The notes: a model not told the origin generated them from the letters alone. DNA of 64,000 nucleotides from Cystobasidiomycetes sp. EMM_F5 (GCA_051047955.1 JBPGPT010000003.1:682001-746000); one strand, 5' to 3'. Positions 13,066 to 26,580 are shown, numbered from the stretch's first letter. Translations and numbers: made by a program.

Positions 13066-16000
13066 ATGGCTCGAGAGAAGCAGCAGCAGCAGCAGCAGAC
13101 TATCGAAAGCGTCAAGAGCAGAGCTATTACATTAGCCAGCAGCAAATTGCCCACAGCAGCCAGCACTCGCACTGCAAAACCCCCGGCAAAGGTGCAGCGT
13201 AAACACCACTTGCCCACTCCCGAGAGTCCAGACTTGAACGATGAAGAGCCGGCAGCGGCAGTGGACGCACCAAAGAAGACTAGAAGGGCTAATACAGGTG
13301 GGTTTAGAGCGTGAACAACCGCAGCTCATGCGCCAGCTCAACTCGTCCTACAGTGGCGACCACTTCCAGACTGCCTGTACGAGTAGATAAAGGCAAAAGG
13401 AAAGAGACGGCTCTGGGATCGCATAATCAGACAAGCGAAGTCTTTATTGCCCCCAGTCAGTCTACGTCAGCAACACGAATAAAGCCTTCTCGCAAACTGG
13501 CAAAGAAGGAGCCTGTCGCCTCGACATCCCAGCTCGATGTGTTCTCGACTTCAACGCCGCACGTACGTCGATCTGTGACACCGCATCTACAATCACTCCG
13601 ATCGTCTAGCGTCGCGCGTGGTCGCGAAGCATCAATAGCCCTAGACAGCATTTATTCGGCAGTCAAGCCCATACCACTCAAGAATATTCAATACTCATCT
13701 CCACCGCATGCAGTGATAAAGTATTCCGAGAGCGAGGACGAGTCCAACTCTGACACTGAGTTCCGATTGAAGAGTCTGGATGCAGAATCCGGAAGGAAGC
13801 GTAGGACAATTGTAGGAGAGTTTGAGTGGGATGAACGGAGTCGATCCTGCGTTCCGAAGCGTGAGAGGAGTAGGAGTCGGAGCGTATTCAATGACCACCG
13901 ACGTCATCAAGATGACATGTCTCTCGATATACATACGGATCCTCACGTCCCCGAGACGGATCTGACGCAAGCTACAAGCCGTATCTTGAATGGTCTCGAA
14001 GCTTCGGATAACGCTCCCTTTCCCGAATACCAGTCTATGCACGACGCCAACCAGGATTTTGATGGAAACGACATGTTTGATCTGCCTCAAGAGCTAACGC
14101 ACAACGATCACCAAACGGATGACGCGGTTGAGATCTTTGATTTCACAAACGCAATCGGCCCGGCGAATGATGACTCTAGCGAGTCGGAGCGTGAAGATGG
14201 TGGTGCAGTAGAGGAGCGTGGTATCCTCGTCTCGCCGGTTGACGCCGTCAACAGTTCAGGCCGGCGAAAGGTCGAAACCATGCAGTCCTCATCCAGCGCT
14301 CCGCCTTCGCCATTCCTGTCGACCAAGACTTCATTATCGGCCGGACTTGCGACAATCCATCCTGAGCAAGATGCGCTGCCTACATCTGCATTGTCAAGTC
14401 CGACGACAACACACATATCTCCGCAACGCTCTCTTACATCGGTCAAAAGAGTACTAGCTTCCACGCCGCAGATCAAGGCGTACAGCGCTATCTTACAGCG
14501 CTTGCAGACTACACTTTCCCCGATCAGGCGCGATAGATCACCTTCGCTTACCGACCGGCTGCCGGGACCTTCTGAACAGCGTGTTGAAAGACCCGAGGTA
14601 CACCTCGTTGGCAATGCTGAGAGGATTCAGCGATCACCCACCTCACCACCCGCAACGCAGGCCGATGTTCCACAAGAACATCTCGTTACTGGCGCAGTTG
14701 CTCCTGTGCCCGATCTGAATATTATCGACTCTTCTACTGTCGACATTCAAATAGCGCAATCTGACTCTCATCCTACTGCGCCCATGTCGGTGGAACGACC
14801 GCGGTCACTGACGCCCGCTTCCATCGCACGAGCATGGCCCGGTAAACCCCTAACTCCTATCCAGCGTAATCGATGGTCCACACCACAGCCCCAGAGTGTA
14901 CATTCAATCGACATCGAAGACGACGTCGATGCCGATGCCTTATCTGTTTCTATCGTGCCTGTTCACTTCTCGAGCAATGCAAAGCGGCTACGATCGCCTA
15001 CTCCAGGTCTTGGAGCCAATTGGGTGCCCCGAAGTCCGACGCTGAGCCCAGCGCCTGGTATTGCATCAGCCGGGTCGCTAATACGCGAACGGATGGCTTC
15101 ACCAGCATTTACATCCCTGAAGAGACATCTTGCTCCACATGAGCCACTGTCACATCCTTCTATGAATCCGCCAACTCACGGCGACGCGCTCTTACCTGCT
15201 TTGCACATCAGAAATACGGCATTTGAGCCTATCGCGAATGGCAACGAACCACATCACCAGCGATCATCTGCAGAGGCTGTGGGCAGAACGCCAACCGCCC
15301 AATTCAGCCAGCTTGGACAATCAATTCATACGGCAACGCCTTCCAGACAGCCGTTCCTGTCCCCTGCGACTGCTAGCGTACAGCCATCACCATTCCTGCC
15401 GGTTGATCATAGTCCTTTGCTGGAGCGAATCCGGCAGTATCGGCGGACAATCAGTCCGGTGTCGCCCAGATATTGGGCAGACAGGGTCAAGCAGGAGACA
15501 CCAGAACCTTCGCATGCCGAGCAGACTCCCCTGCCAGTGGTGGCCAGTACACCGAAGAATACTGAACTTTCCCTGTTGGGCATGCCAGCTATCGAAGATA
15601 CACCCGAATCGTCTGCCGCTATATCAGCAGCCACCAGCGCAGGTGCAGTCAGACATGCAGGTGATACAGTCAGTCCTGTCCAGCGACAGGCAATCTCGGA
15701 TGCAACGACTATCGCAGCCACCGCCGCTATCAAGCAAAAAGCGCAGCCAGCCGCCACTCGTAACGTCTCATCTGCGCTAAACGAGGCTACACTTTCTCCA
15801 AATGTTACCATCAGGAGATCGCGGTCTCGATCAAGGTCGACTAATAGCACAATGAGTCTCCGAAGTAAACCAAATACACCCGGAAGACCAAGTACTGCCC
15901 GCCGCCTTTCTTTCGCCGAATTAGGTTCCTTCGATTCATCACCTCTATCAGTCGCGGCTTCCGTCGGAAGAGACTCCTTTAAAGCGCTAAGCTACAATAG

Positions 16001-18092
16001 CGACGAAAGCTCCAGCGATGAGTCTGCTGACGCCGTACGCGTGACTGCGTTAAAATCGCCGAGCACAAGGATACGTCGGTCATCACAGATCCTCTTCGAT
16101 AGTCCAACAGGTCCTGCAGATCGCTTCAAGCCAGCAGCGATCTCGCCGAGCCGGCTGACTTCTGCAGCGGATTTGCGACATTCCGGGCCAATGATGGTCC
16201 CAACATCCACGCCAGCGAGATTGATGAGTGGCATGGCACTCGCTTCTAGTAGTTCGCCACTTGCTCCTGCTGAGCCAATGCGATTGCTCACTTCAACGTC
16301 CGCACGCAACACCGCCACACGTGAAAGAGAGAATGACTCTTCAAGTCTTTCCTCTCCAAGCTCTGACGAACATGCCATTTTCGCCCATCCTCCTGCGCTC
16401 GATACGCAAGCTGTAAGAGACGACGAACTTTCCATGGCAGTCGAAGTTAGTTCGGATGCGATAGGTAAGCATGACACCTCCCATAATATGCAAAGCAACT
16501 GAATGTTGCGATAACAGGCACAGAGGGTAATGCTACCGCTGCCTCGATTGCAACGTCTTTAGCGGTCCACATGGATGAATTTTTCGAGGCCGACATTGCG
16601 CCTGACGGCGATGATGCTGGTGGGTGTAGGCGAGAGTAACAAAATCCGCCTTCGCTAACACTTCCTTGTCTCAGACTCTGCAGCTGCGAACGCGTCATGC
16701 GATACGTCCGCAAGTAGGCTAGATGAGGCTCGACCACGATCGCTGCTCAAAGCCCCGACAATAGCATCAAGGGCCCTCCCAAATCGCATTCGCAAATACA
16801 AACGTTTCTCAAATACGCATAGTTCAGCGGCCCAGGTCGGAGGAAGGAGCGATCCAGCCAGTGCAGCCGGGTCCCATTTGCAGAAAGCTGGCAGAGAGCG
16901 ATCAGCATCCAGGAGTTCCTCCGTCAGCGCATCAGCAATGGTACAAGTCTCTAGCAGTGACGCTGGCGCAGCGGCGCGAGCCGCACTTATCCTGCACACG
17001 CAGCACAAGTATGTCCGTGGCAGCTCCCACCCAATTGATGAGCCCCATATTGCGCAAGATCCGAACGCTGCAGACCGTCTGCTTGATGAGCTACTTCGAG
17101 AAGCAGAGCATGATGTGACTGCACAAAGCGGAGCGCGGCTCGTAACGAAGACCGATTCGTCAGTCAGGTTCCCTCGTATTGAGCGCGAGCGGACATTGTC
17201 GCCTGAAAAGACAATGGTACGACGAGTTGACAGAACAGACCTAAGCGTGCGCGTGACCGGCGCCTGGACGAGGAGAGAGTGGCGATCGCTTGAGCAATGC
17301 TTTATCGATGAGCACCGGCGACTTGGAAACAAGGAGCATCTTGTCGAGATAGCTGAAGTCATTCGCCTATTCTTGGAAAATGAAGGCGTCCGAGTCAATA
17401 ATTGTGTGGGCGACTGGTCAATGTATGTCTATTCACATGATTATTGATGTTGGCTGAAATTTTCTCTTGGCAGAGAGAAGCTCGAAGTCAGAGTCGAAGC
17501 TCTCATACAGCGAAAAGCCGCAAAGGCGCTAGCTAATGCGGATCGACGAGAGCGCTCAACGTCTGTAGCGACCTCGACACGCTCACAAGCTCCATCAGAA
17601 TTCTTCGCGAACGAAGACGCACGGATCGATGGGACTCTCTCGCAGAATCGCAGATATACGTCCATACTGGCTCCGTCCAGACTTGCTGTACCTTTGCGGC
17701 TGCAGGTAAGGCACGGCTGGAGCGCGGAGCCACCAAGCCTTGTCAATAGACTGCAACGACGATACTCGCCCCTGCCATTGAACCAGCCGGCGCATAAGCG
17801 GGCCGGATCAGTCACATCTGTAGCCTCAGAGCCTTCTCTGCGACCCGGCATTCGAGCAATGGCGACAAACCAAATGTATCCTTCTTTGGACGACCTCAGG
17901 CTGGAGATGCGACCCCCTCGTAGTCTCGCGATCCGCGGCAGACTGGTCGCAGCTAGAGTAAACTCGTTTGAGCAAATCGAAGAAGAACAAATGATTGAAG
18001 CGCATCGAAGTCAGATTCTAGGCAAACGAAAAGGATCTTTTGAGTCTGAAAATTCTGACAGGCCAGATCAGTACAAGCGGCCTCGTCTGTAG
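13066..18092 (+). CDS. Very large Ser/Pro/Arg-rich, largely disordered protein of unknown function with a small folded C-terminal module
   Basis: 1063-codon ORF 13311..16502 plus flanking ORFs (13066.., 16878..17447, 17694..18092) linked by plausible GT-AG introns. Many SP/TP sites. Ends '...YKRPRL*'. Confidence 0.7.
13081..13098 (+). repeat. (CAG)6 microsatellite encoding poly-Gln
   Basis: cagcagcagcagcagcag read directly. Confidence 0.9.
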
Positions 18093-18239
18093 CATACAAT
18101 CTGAAATGCGCGTATCTAGTAATTTGGCATTTTGTAGTGGATACGTGGGACAGGCTTGCTTGGTATCGACGAAGTTGTCTTTGATTGCGAAAAGTCTAGT
18201 CTTTACTGCTGCGGACTTCTGCGATCCGCAAGAATGACA

Positions 18240-20098
18240 TCATACGTGCGAGTACAAACCTTTGTCTTGTCTCTCTTTGGACATTGCTGCGATGATCGCA
18301 GCTCCTACGCCAGACCCATCTGAGATGCGTAACGCAATCGTCAATTTCAATCGGTAAAAAGGGAATATCTCAGAAGACGCACCTTCCGCAAGATAGGTCT
18401 TGATCAGCTTGCCCTTTTCTCCGAAGATGTCTACTAGCGCTTCATGTATTCTATCGGCAAATTTGGGATACTGTTTATACAGCGAGCCATCTGTCGCGAC
18501 ACCGCAGCCGCCACTTTCCAGGTATCCTCCCTTGCTTACAATAGCAGCAATACCGCATGCAGACAGGCGGGCGGCGCGGGTTCCGATCAAAGCTGCCAAT
18601 TTCTTGAAGAATTGACGCTCCTCTTCCGTTGTCTCAATCTGGAAGAAATGGCTGAAGAGGCCAATAACAGTAAGGAGATTCTCTGTAGGGTCTGCTTCGA
18701 TGAGCGAGACAAAAGCTGTGTCGAAACAGAATGGCTTCTCGAGCTTGTATGTGTTCTGACCTAAGAAGAGAATGCCTTCTTCGACCATCTCCATCATAAC
18801 CAAGCGGAAGACTTCGCCAAGATACAACCCGGCAATCATCTTTTCGAAAGCCTGTTCACCTGGCTTGTTGGACGTTTCATCGATGATCACGTCGTATTTG
18901 GTTCTAGGTAAGAATTCGTGGTTATCGCTATCGAAAGCGCCCCATTCGCAGTTGATTGCGAGCTCCGCATCGGGAGGCAGGTTGAGATGCGCAATTTTTG
19001 GGATGTTGGCCACCTTTTCGACGTAGGCTGCGTTACAGCCAGTGCCAAAGATAACACCAATCTTGGTTTCGGGATTGACGTATCGCGATGCCATCAATGT
19101 TCCAGTTGTATCGTTGATTATGGCGGTGATTTTGACTGGCACATTCTGCAAACAGGACGCAAGCGTTCAGCGCAAGTAACCCTACGAGAAGCGCAGACCG
19201 AAATTGAAACCGCACATTCCTATCTAATGACTTTCGGAACATGGCAACGACGTCAGCACCCTCGACGCCGCTGGCTCCGAAGCCTTTCGTCCACGTCTTG
19301 AGAATACCGTGATCAATACGCTCTTGACTGTTGGGAAAACAGATTATCAGTCTTCGCCCATGTATTGCAAAGCAACAACGCAAGCACATACATGCAAGGG
19401 TAGGAGAAGGTAAAACCGAGAGCAATGTCCTTGTCAATAACAATGCTTCCGTCTGGGTTTTGGTAATGATCTTTGATGAAGGAGGCCAAGCACTCTGCGC
19501 AAAAGTCAAAGAGGGCCTGCCCATCCCCTAGCTTTTGCTCGTCGGTCAGGCGGTACTTCGACTGAGTGATTGCAAATTTGCCATGACCTTCCAGCTCGAC
19601 TTCGCACACTCGCAAGTTGGTACCGCCTAGATCGACTGCTAGAAACGAGCCAGTTTCCTTTCCATTTGGCCAGCCGAACACCCAGGTGGGAAACATCTGA
19701 ATAGTTTGACCAGGTTGCTCGAGACCGGCATCGAGTGAGTCGATGAATCCATCGACGATTTTGCGCATTCGCTGTGGTGTGACGGCAAACAGCTTCTCCA
19801 AGCGACGTTGCGATTCTTCGATATCTTTAGCTGGTGCGCCCGGGAAAGTGTGCTGGTCGGAAGTTCTGTGAAGAACGAAACGAATGAGTGACAGGGCATC
19901 AGTCTATCGTGCGAGTCAGAGGTATTGATAGATAGGGTACCTGACAAAACTGCCCCGCTGTGAATGAGGTGTAGATGCGCCATGCGACTCCCTTCGCAAG
20001 GACGCTGAACCTTGCCGGTAAGTGGACGGAGCATCAACCTGGACTACTCCGGTATCATGGTGATGGCTATCGTTTGCGTGAGTTGTCGTGTCCGGCAT
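18240..20098 (-). CDS. HXK: Hexokinase
   Basis: 'FLAVDLGGTNLRV', 'LGFTFSYPC', 'WTKGF', 'INDTTGTL', 'IFGTGCNAAY', 'INCEWGAFD', 'FEKMIAGLYLGE', 'AEDGSGVGAA'. The start (ATG 20098, MPDTTT) is uncertain. Confidence 0.96.
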
Positions 20099-20598
20099 GC
20101 TCGTCAGCTTCAGCTGCTCGAGCCGACTGCCCAAACCGCCAGATGGGCGTCCTGACAATCATCAACGAATACCAGAAGTAGTCGTACACTAATCAGCTGC
20201 TTTCCTGCATCTTTTGTATCGTTATTGCGACCCCACTATGCGAAGCCGCGCTACCACGACGTGACGGGATGGGCGACGTGTGTTCCGACATGATGGGCTG
20301 AGATGGGCCAGTGGTGGTGTAGCAATACTACAGAGAGCGTTCAGTTGCAGCTCAAGATTGTATGCAAGCAGACTGCTGATATGACCAGGGTGCTCGGACC
20401 TCGATCAATTAGGGGATTGAGTCCATGACGGCGATGGCAACAACACGACAAACTCGCTACACGTTGGCTTTGGGCGATACACAACGAGATCAACTATTGG
20501 ACAAGTCTGTACACATCGCGCGACCAGCGCGCAGGGCTACATTTCGAGTAAGCGTTCTTCATTACACTCCGCATCGAAGCCATGCCCTCAGAGCATCA

Positions 20599-21362
20599 TC
20601 ATATCCAATTGTCAAGGCTGCTCCCGCTTCTAGTTGCACTCGAGCTGGGAGGCGAGCTGTTGCTGTGTAAGGTCTCAAAGGTGTCAATCGTAGTGGACGC
20701 TACGGAGCTATCTGAAGTCTTTGCCGAATGCTTGTGATAGTCTGTTGTGGGTCTGTTGCCAGTGAACATTGCATAGATACTTGGCGAGCAAGTGTCCGAG
20801 CTACCTCGGCGTGGGATTGGCGGACTAACGTGCAAGTCCGCTGTACGAGGAAAGTCGAGACTGGCGTGAGGTTTCTGGTAAGCATCTGCCGAAGCAAACG
20901 ATACCACGCTGTCACTCCGACCCAAATTAGGTGTAGGCCTTGCAAAGATTGACTTTCGGGGACTATTCGTGGTCTTGCTACTGCTTGGAGTGGTATGCGA
21001 CTGCCTCGTTCGCACGGCTTGGCTAAATGTGGAGACAGCTGGAGACACTGCCATTTCCGACGACAATGGTGCCCAACCCGCAGACGGAATGGGATCCGAG
21101 ATCCACAGTGGTGCTGGACCAGACAGGAGGGCCTTCAGTCGCTTTTCGCGCTTGAAGTTTGCGCTCGTTCCGAGACTCGAGACGTTTGATTGCGTGCGGA
21201 CCCTCGTCAACCGGCCCGTCAGCCGTCGAAACATCTGCGGGCAAACCATCAGCGCTCGAGCTACATCTCTGTCTGGACCGCCCTCACGGATGGCCTCTTG
21301 TTGAGCAACGACTCGCTATCGCATGGAAGGGGCGGCAAGAGCTTGTCAGACTGAGAATGCAT
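20599..21362 (-). CDS. Hypothetical Ser-rich protein (2 exons)
   Basis: Exon 1 'MHSQSDKLLPPLPCDSESLLNKRPS', an intron (gtgagg...ctgat...cgcag), then in-frame ORF 20599..21249. No known domain recognised. Confidence 0.55.
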
Positions 21363-22171
21363 GACGGACTACGATGTGTGGCCTACGTCCACAAGAACCA
21401 AGCTACATTCCGCTCAGTGTAACCCAGACAGGTTCTGAGCTCAGGCTCGTTTGTGGTGCTCGGTCGCTTAGAAGGCGGACCTTCTCAGCCCATCTTGGCT
21501 TTGCACCACGAAGACCGTTGAAGCTGCTCGAGCACTGACGACAACCTCGAGTGGCCGACAAGCTCGGGCCACGAGCATCTAGACCCGCTCGCAGGCATCA
21601 GGATAGCATGTGAAATGCAGTCGGAGGTCAATGGCCGGATCTTCGCGGACGCTTTGCGATAAGTTCGCGCCCGTTCAGAAGGATGGACGGGGCTGTTGAA
21701 GACGCCGGCATCACTACGGGCTAACACTGAAAGCTGCAATTGTTTACGCTACTCGTCGAGGAGTAACAGCTGATGCTAAGGCTGCCTGATGTTTTGTCAC
21801 AGCAAGGGCGCGTAAATGGCTAATCCGACGTTTTACATTGTTGTTTGAGGCAACGCCTAGACGATATTACAAGCATGAACTTGCGCAATACACATACACG
21901 GCCAAAGACCGAGGCGGGCACGATAGGCAATGGAACTTTTCCGATTGAAACCGCTCTGGGCGGAGTTTAAAATGGGGCTAATCTACAACTGACTTTACGG
22001 CAGGTCTCCGACGGAAGCCTGCCCATGGGTCTCTTGAAAGCCTCGGGCGCAGACGACCTGGGCGAGCGGCAGTTCCGGAACGATATGCGAACAGCTCTCT
22101 TTCGCTTGGTGAATTGTTCGCGTACAGAGTCTTGAATTCCCTCGTAACTCTTCGCGCAGCTCACACCCAAT

Positions 22172-24028
22172 ATGCCCTATCTCACCACAAACGTCCCCGC
22201 TATTATCGTTGTCATTCTCGTCGGTCTTCTCGCCTTCACTCTCAAGCTCATACAGCACCGACGCGAGTGGCGGCGACAGAATCTGCCTGGTCCACCGCAT
22301 TCCTTCCTGTGGGGACACATCGTCGCATTCCATGAAGAACGACAGCGCTTGGCCCGTGCGACAGGACCCGGTGGTAATTTCGACAATTGCTACGTAAACC
22401 TTACTCGACAATACGGTACCTTCGTTTGCCTGGACTTGTGGCCAATTCATCAGCCCATCTATATTGTGGCTGATGGCGTCCTGGCCGACAAGCTCTTGCG
22501 CATTGATAACATTCCCAAAGCACTCAATGCCATGTGGTCAGTCTTGTCTGTGTTTGGCAAGCACTCACTCTTTCACGCAGACGTAAGTGAGGCTGCTTGA
22601 ACGATCTATAGACGATGATTGACACGCATTACTACAGAGCACTCCCTCTGGTGATGCACATTGGGTGTCTACACGCAAATCCTTTACTCCAAGTTTCCGC
22701 CGCGGCGCTATCGAGCGCCAATGTGCGGGTATGATTGTTGCAGGCATGGAAGACATGAAGAAGGAGCTTGACTGCTCAGCATCTTCTTCCCGTCTTGTCG
22801 AAGCCTTTGATGTCATTAGCGTAAGTCATTGTTTTGTCTTGAAATCTACCACACTCTCATTCGTGCCTTATAGCGCTTTACTACGGATGTTATGCTTCAA
22901 GCCTGCCTGTCCATCACTGACAGCAGTATCAGGGATCGCCTGATCAATATCTTCAATACGCAAGTCGATGAGGCTTGCAGATCGGCTTCCACGCTCCCTG
23001 TACTGGCCTACCTGGATCCGATCAGGGTGTACCGAAGTTGGAAAGCTACCCGGTACGTCCGCCACATCTAGACCAGCTTGACATTGGGCTCATATTCTGC
23101 TTTGCTACTACAGTGCTGCACATGCTCTTCTGCAGGATGCCGTTGCGGATCACATTGCTGCAAGTCGGGAGGACAAGTTCAGATTCAAGGAAGATGGCAA
23201 TTTCGTTGAGTCTGCCCTAAAGACAAACGACTACACTGTCGAGAGTATGGTTGATCAAGTCCGCACGCTAGCATTTGCAGGGCAGGATACAACTGCGACT
23301 GTATCTGCAAGTTGTCTGTATGAGCTATCGCGTCATCCGGAAGTATTGACTACATTGCGCGCCGAGATGGACGGTGTGTTCGGCCCGGAGATTGGGCAAG
23401 AAGGTCACCAAATCCGAGACGATCCGTCGATACTGGCAAGATGCTTTTATCTGAATGCAGTTATCAAAGAAGGCCTGCGTATATGGGTACCGACCGCTTC
23501 CGCGCGGGATGCTGAACAGGACTATATGTTCTCGCACAACAATCGCTTGTACCGTAAAGGCAGCGGGTACTTCCACATCTCGTCGACAGCAATGCACATG
23601 CACCCAGATCATTTTCACTCTCCTGACAAATTCGACCCATCGAGATGGTTCGACGCTGAAGGGCACCCAATAACCATGCCTATAACATTCATGCCATTCT
23701 CGAAGGGTGAGCTGAGGTATTTTAAGAGTCCAATGTCTCGTGCTAATACGTCTGCTCTGCGAAAAAGGCCCAAAAGGATGTCTTGGTATCGAATTGGCCT
23801 GGCTGGAGCTGCGCTGCATGCTGGCGATGCTCGTGCGCTCATACGACTTTTCGTATCCTGAAAGCGAGCAACCTCCGTATCTCGTCTATCGCATCACGGT
23901 AGGGCTCATCAGGGGTCGTCCAAGTGGAATGTCACTGACTTCTATATCCCGATTGTCATTCACAGGCAAGGCCGAGCAACAGCATACCACTCATTGTTCG
24001 CAAGAGCACATACCGTGCGTTGTTATGA
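22172..24028 (+). CDS. Cytochrome P450 (copy 1 of a tandem pair)
   Basis: N-terminal TM anchor + 'LPGPPHSFLWGH', C-helix 'WVSTR', I-helix 'AGQDTT', 'EGLR' (ExxR), 'FDPSRW', heme motif 'FSKG|PKGCLG'. Five introns. Confidence 0.95.
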
Positions 24029-24032
24029 TATT

Positions 24033-24072
24033 ACAAGGCTTTTGAGAGTATTATAACAAGGCTTTTGAGAGT
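24033..24072 (+). repeat. Perfect 17-nt direct repeat ACAAGGCTTTTGAGAGT x2 with a 6-nt spacer
   Basis: 24033-24049 and 24056-24072 are identical; the spacer is ATTATA. Confidence 0.9.
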
Positions 24073-24333
24073 GCCAGCACAACTTGGGGAAGAGGGTGTA
24101 TATTTATGTAGATGAGAGGGACCCATTATCGCGTGTATGTGTATTCGGATGGATGTTCACATTGGGTATGATGCAATTGGGTACATTATGAAACGCACTT
24201 CTAAATCCCTACATGTGCTTGGAGCTTCGGCCGAGATGCGGGCCTGATTCTGTGGTACGACAGCGCATGCGCACTGAGCACCTTGCGCCCAACGCTCAGA
24301 GCCTTGCTGCTTTTGCTCTGCTACATTGACACC

Positions 24334-26135
24334 ATGGTGTTGCAGCTGACTACCTCGCAGCTGATACTGACACTGGTCGTAGTGGCCGCGACGACCTTCG
24401 TCATCAAGCTTGTCCAACACCGGCTTGCATGGCGCACACTGAATCTGCCAGGACCTCCGCATAGTCTGCTGTGGGGCTCGTTGCAGCACTTTGGAGAAGC
24501 GAGAGCCGAGGTGGCTCGAACATATGGTCCCGGTGTACACATCGACTATGCCGCCGACATCCTGGCAAAGAAATGGGGCAAGGGTGTCGTCGGGCTCGAC
24601 ACATGGCCGTTCGCGCTGCCAATGATAATTGTCACCGACGGTCAGCTTGCCGACAGTCTGTTGAGGGTTGAGAACATGCCAAAGGCAATTTTTATGATGT
24701 TTATGGACGCTCCTGTCGTGTCTAATGATTCCATGGTCCTGGCAAAGGTGAGGCGTTAGACGTGAACAGAATTTGCTCGGCTCATACAATGGAATCACGT
24801 CCTTTTGTGACGCCAGCATGATCCAGCTAGTCACAAACAATGGTCAACTCTCCGAAAGGCTTTCAGCCCGGCACTCGCAAAAGGCGTACTCGAGCGCAAT
24901 TGGACGTCCGACATTGTGCACGAATGTAATGTATTCGTAAAAGGACTTGAGGAAGCAGCCAGCATGGGCACCAAAGCTTCCCTGAATACTCTCCTCAATG
25001 AAGTCACGGTCGACATTATTCTGCGCGTCATGCTCTCGATTTCCGACAAAGACTTTCGAAACAAGGTGCTTGATTTGCTCAATGAACAGGTAGCATCGGC
25101 TACCAATATCAACCTTTCAGCGCCAATGACTAGCTACCTTAATCCCCTGTACCATTGGCGCAACAATCGCCGCGACAGGTATGCAATGTGTTTCAACAGC
25201 CACACGGGGATCCCTTTAACGAGTGCGATTATTCGCAGATTGATGGAAAACCTACTGCAAGAGAATGTCTCAAAGCATGTTGCAGATCGTGAGGAAGCCA
25301 TGGGCAAGCCGAAAATGGATCTCGTCGATGAGCTATTGCAAGCCGGCGACTTCACAGTCAAACAGCTTATCTCGCAGACCAGAACTTTTCTGTTTGCCGG
25401 TTCTGACACGACAGGCTCGACCTTAGCCTGGGTAGTTTACTTTTTGTCTGTCAACCCGGAGACCTTGGCACGCATACGTGCTGAACACGATGAGGTTTTT
25501 GGCAAGGACACAATTGGGTCTGAAGGCGAATTGCTTTCAAAGGATAACAGCCTCATCAATCGCCTTAAATACACTCTTGGTGCAATCAGAGAGACTCTAC
25601 GTCTGCGACCACCAGCATCTTCGGCTCGCTATCCATTCCAAAGTGACCACACGTTCTCGCTCAATGGTCAGCGGTATCGGAGTGGCCCAGCATACTTCTG
25701 GGTGTGTCATTATGCCATGCACATGCAGCCCGAGAACTTTCCAAACCCCGAAAAGTTTGAACCAACCCGCTTCTTGGATGAGAATGGCGATCTAGCTGCA
25801 ACGCCTCTAACTTGGCAACCGTTCTCGAGGGGTGAATCACCGACTTCTCGGCACCTGAGCAGAGTGTCCTCAGCTGACTATTGAACGCGCTTATGCAGGT
25901 CCAAAGAATTGCGTCGGTCTCGAGCTTGCCATCCTCGAAATGCGCATCATTTTGGCGATGATTGTGAGTTTGGCCTCATAAATCGATTATTACCAAGCTC
26001 ATTCAAATGGCTTTCCAATAGGTCCGGAAGTTTGATTTCGTCTACACTGAGGCAAAAGAGCCCTACCAGGTATATCGGTTGACTGCTCGACCTGACAATG
26101 GCATTCCAATGCAGGTCTCGCTAGCGAGTCGATGA
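24334..26135 (+). CDS. Cytochrome P450 (copy 2 of a tandem pair)
   Basis: TM anchor + 'LPGPPHSLLWG', 'WSTLR', 'AGSDTT', 'ETLR', 'FEPTRF', heme motif 'FSRG|PKNCVG'. Four introns. Confidence 0.95.
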
Positions 26136-26580
26136 ACAGTAGCGAGGATTCGTTTAGTGCTAGAATTAGTGGAGTTAGTAGTATGCCAGATCATGCAGCT
26201 GGTGATCGCTGTTGCATTATTTTATTTCGCTATGTATGCGGGTCAAAGCCTGAAAAATGATTATGGTCTCGACGCTCCTGTCCAAATCAACCGGATGCTC
26301 AGGTGAAACGGCAAGGTGACTGCGCGATCAACAATCAGAACGCATCTTGACTATGTCGCCCGTCATGATCCTGGATTGTGCTCGTTCTTATTCAACATCT
26401 TCGCACGTTGGACACTCGTGCTGAGGTCAAACGCGACAAGTTTTGTTTACATTGACCGTTGACTGTTTTGATTTTCGAGATGGGCAGCAGGGAGTCGGGC
26501 TCCTGCGCCTGCTTGGATTTGTTCACTATCCCACTGACCCTGACGACTTACACGAAATTAACGATCCCGCAGCGAGGAAA

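Noticed and set aside
13457..17398. Many long antisense ORFs opposite Ser-rich genes (also 28908..29633 and 56272..57555)
   Set aside because: Expected shadows of low-complexity coding sequence.
18081..18251. PTS1-like ends -PRL (large orphan) and -SHV (hexokinase)
   Set aside because: Both are non-canonical; KRPRL is better read as an NLS. No TGA-CTA readthrough context was seen at the stops I checked.
18320..18382. Apparent 21-aa insertion in the hexokinase 'AEG...SDGSG' motif, and similar insertions in P450 copy 2 (25179-25238) and the F-box gene (6533-6592)
   Set aside because: These are ordinary stop-free 3n introns. Several are expected by chance given the number of ~60-nt introns here.
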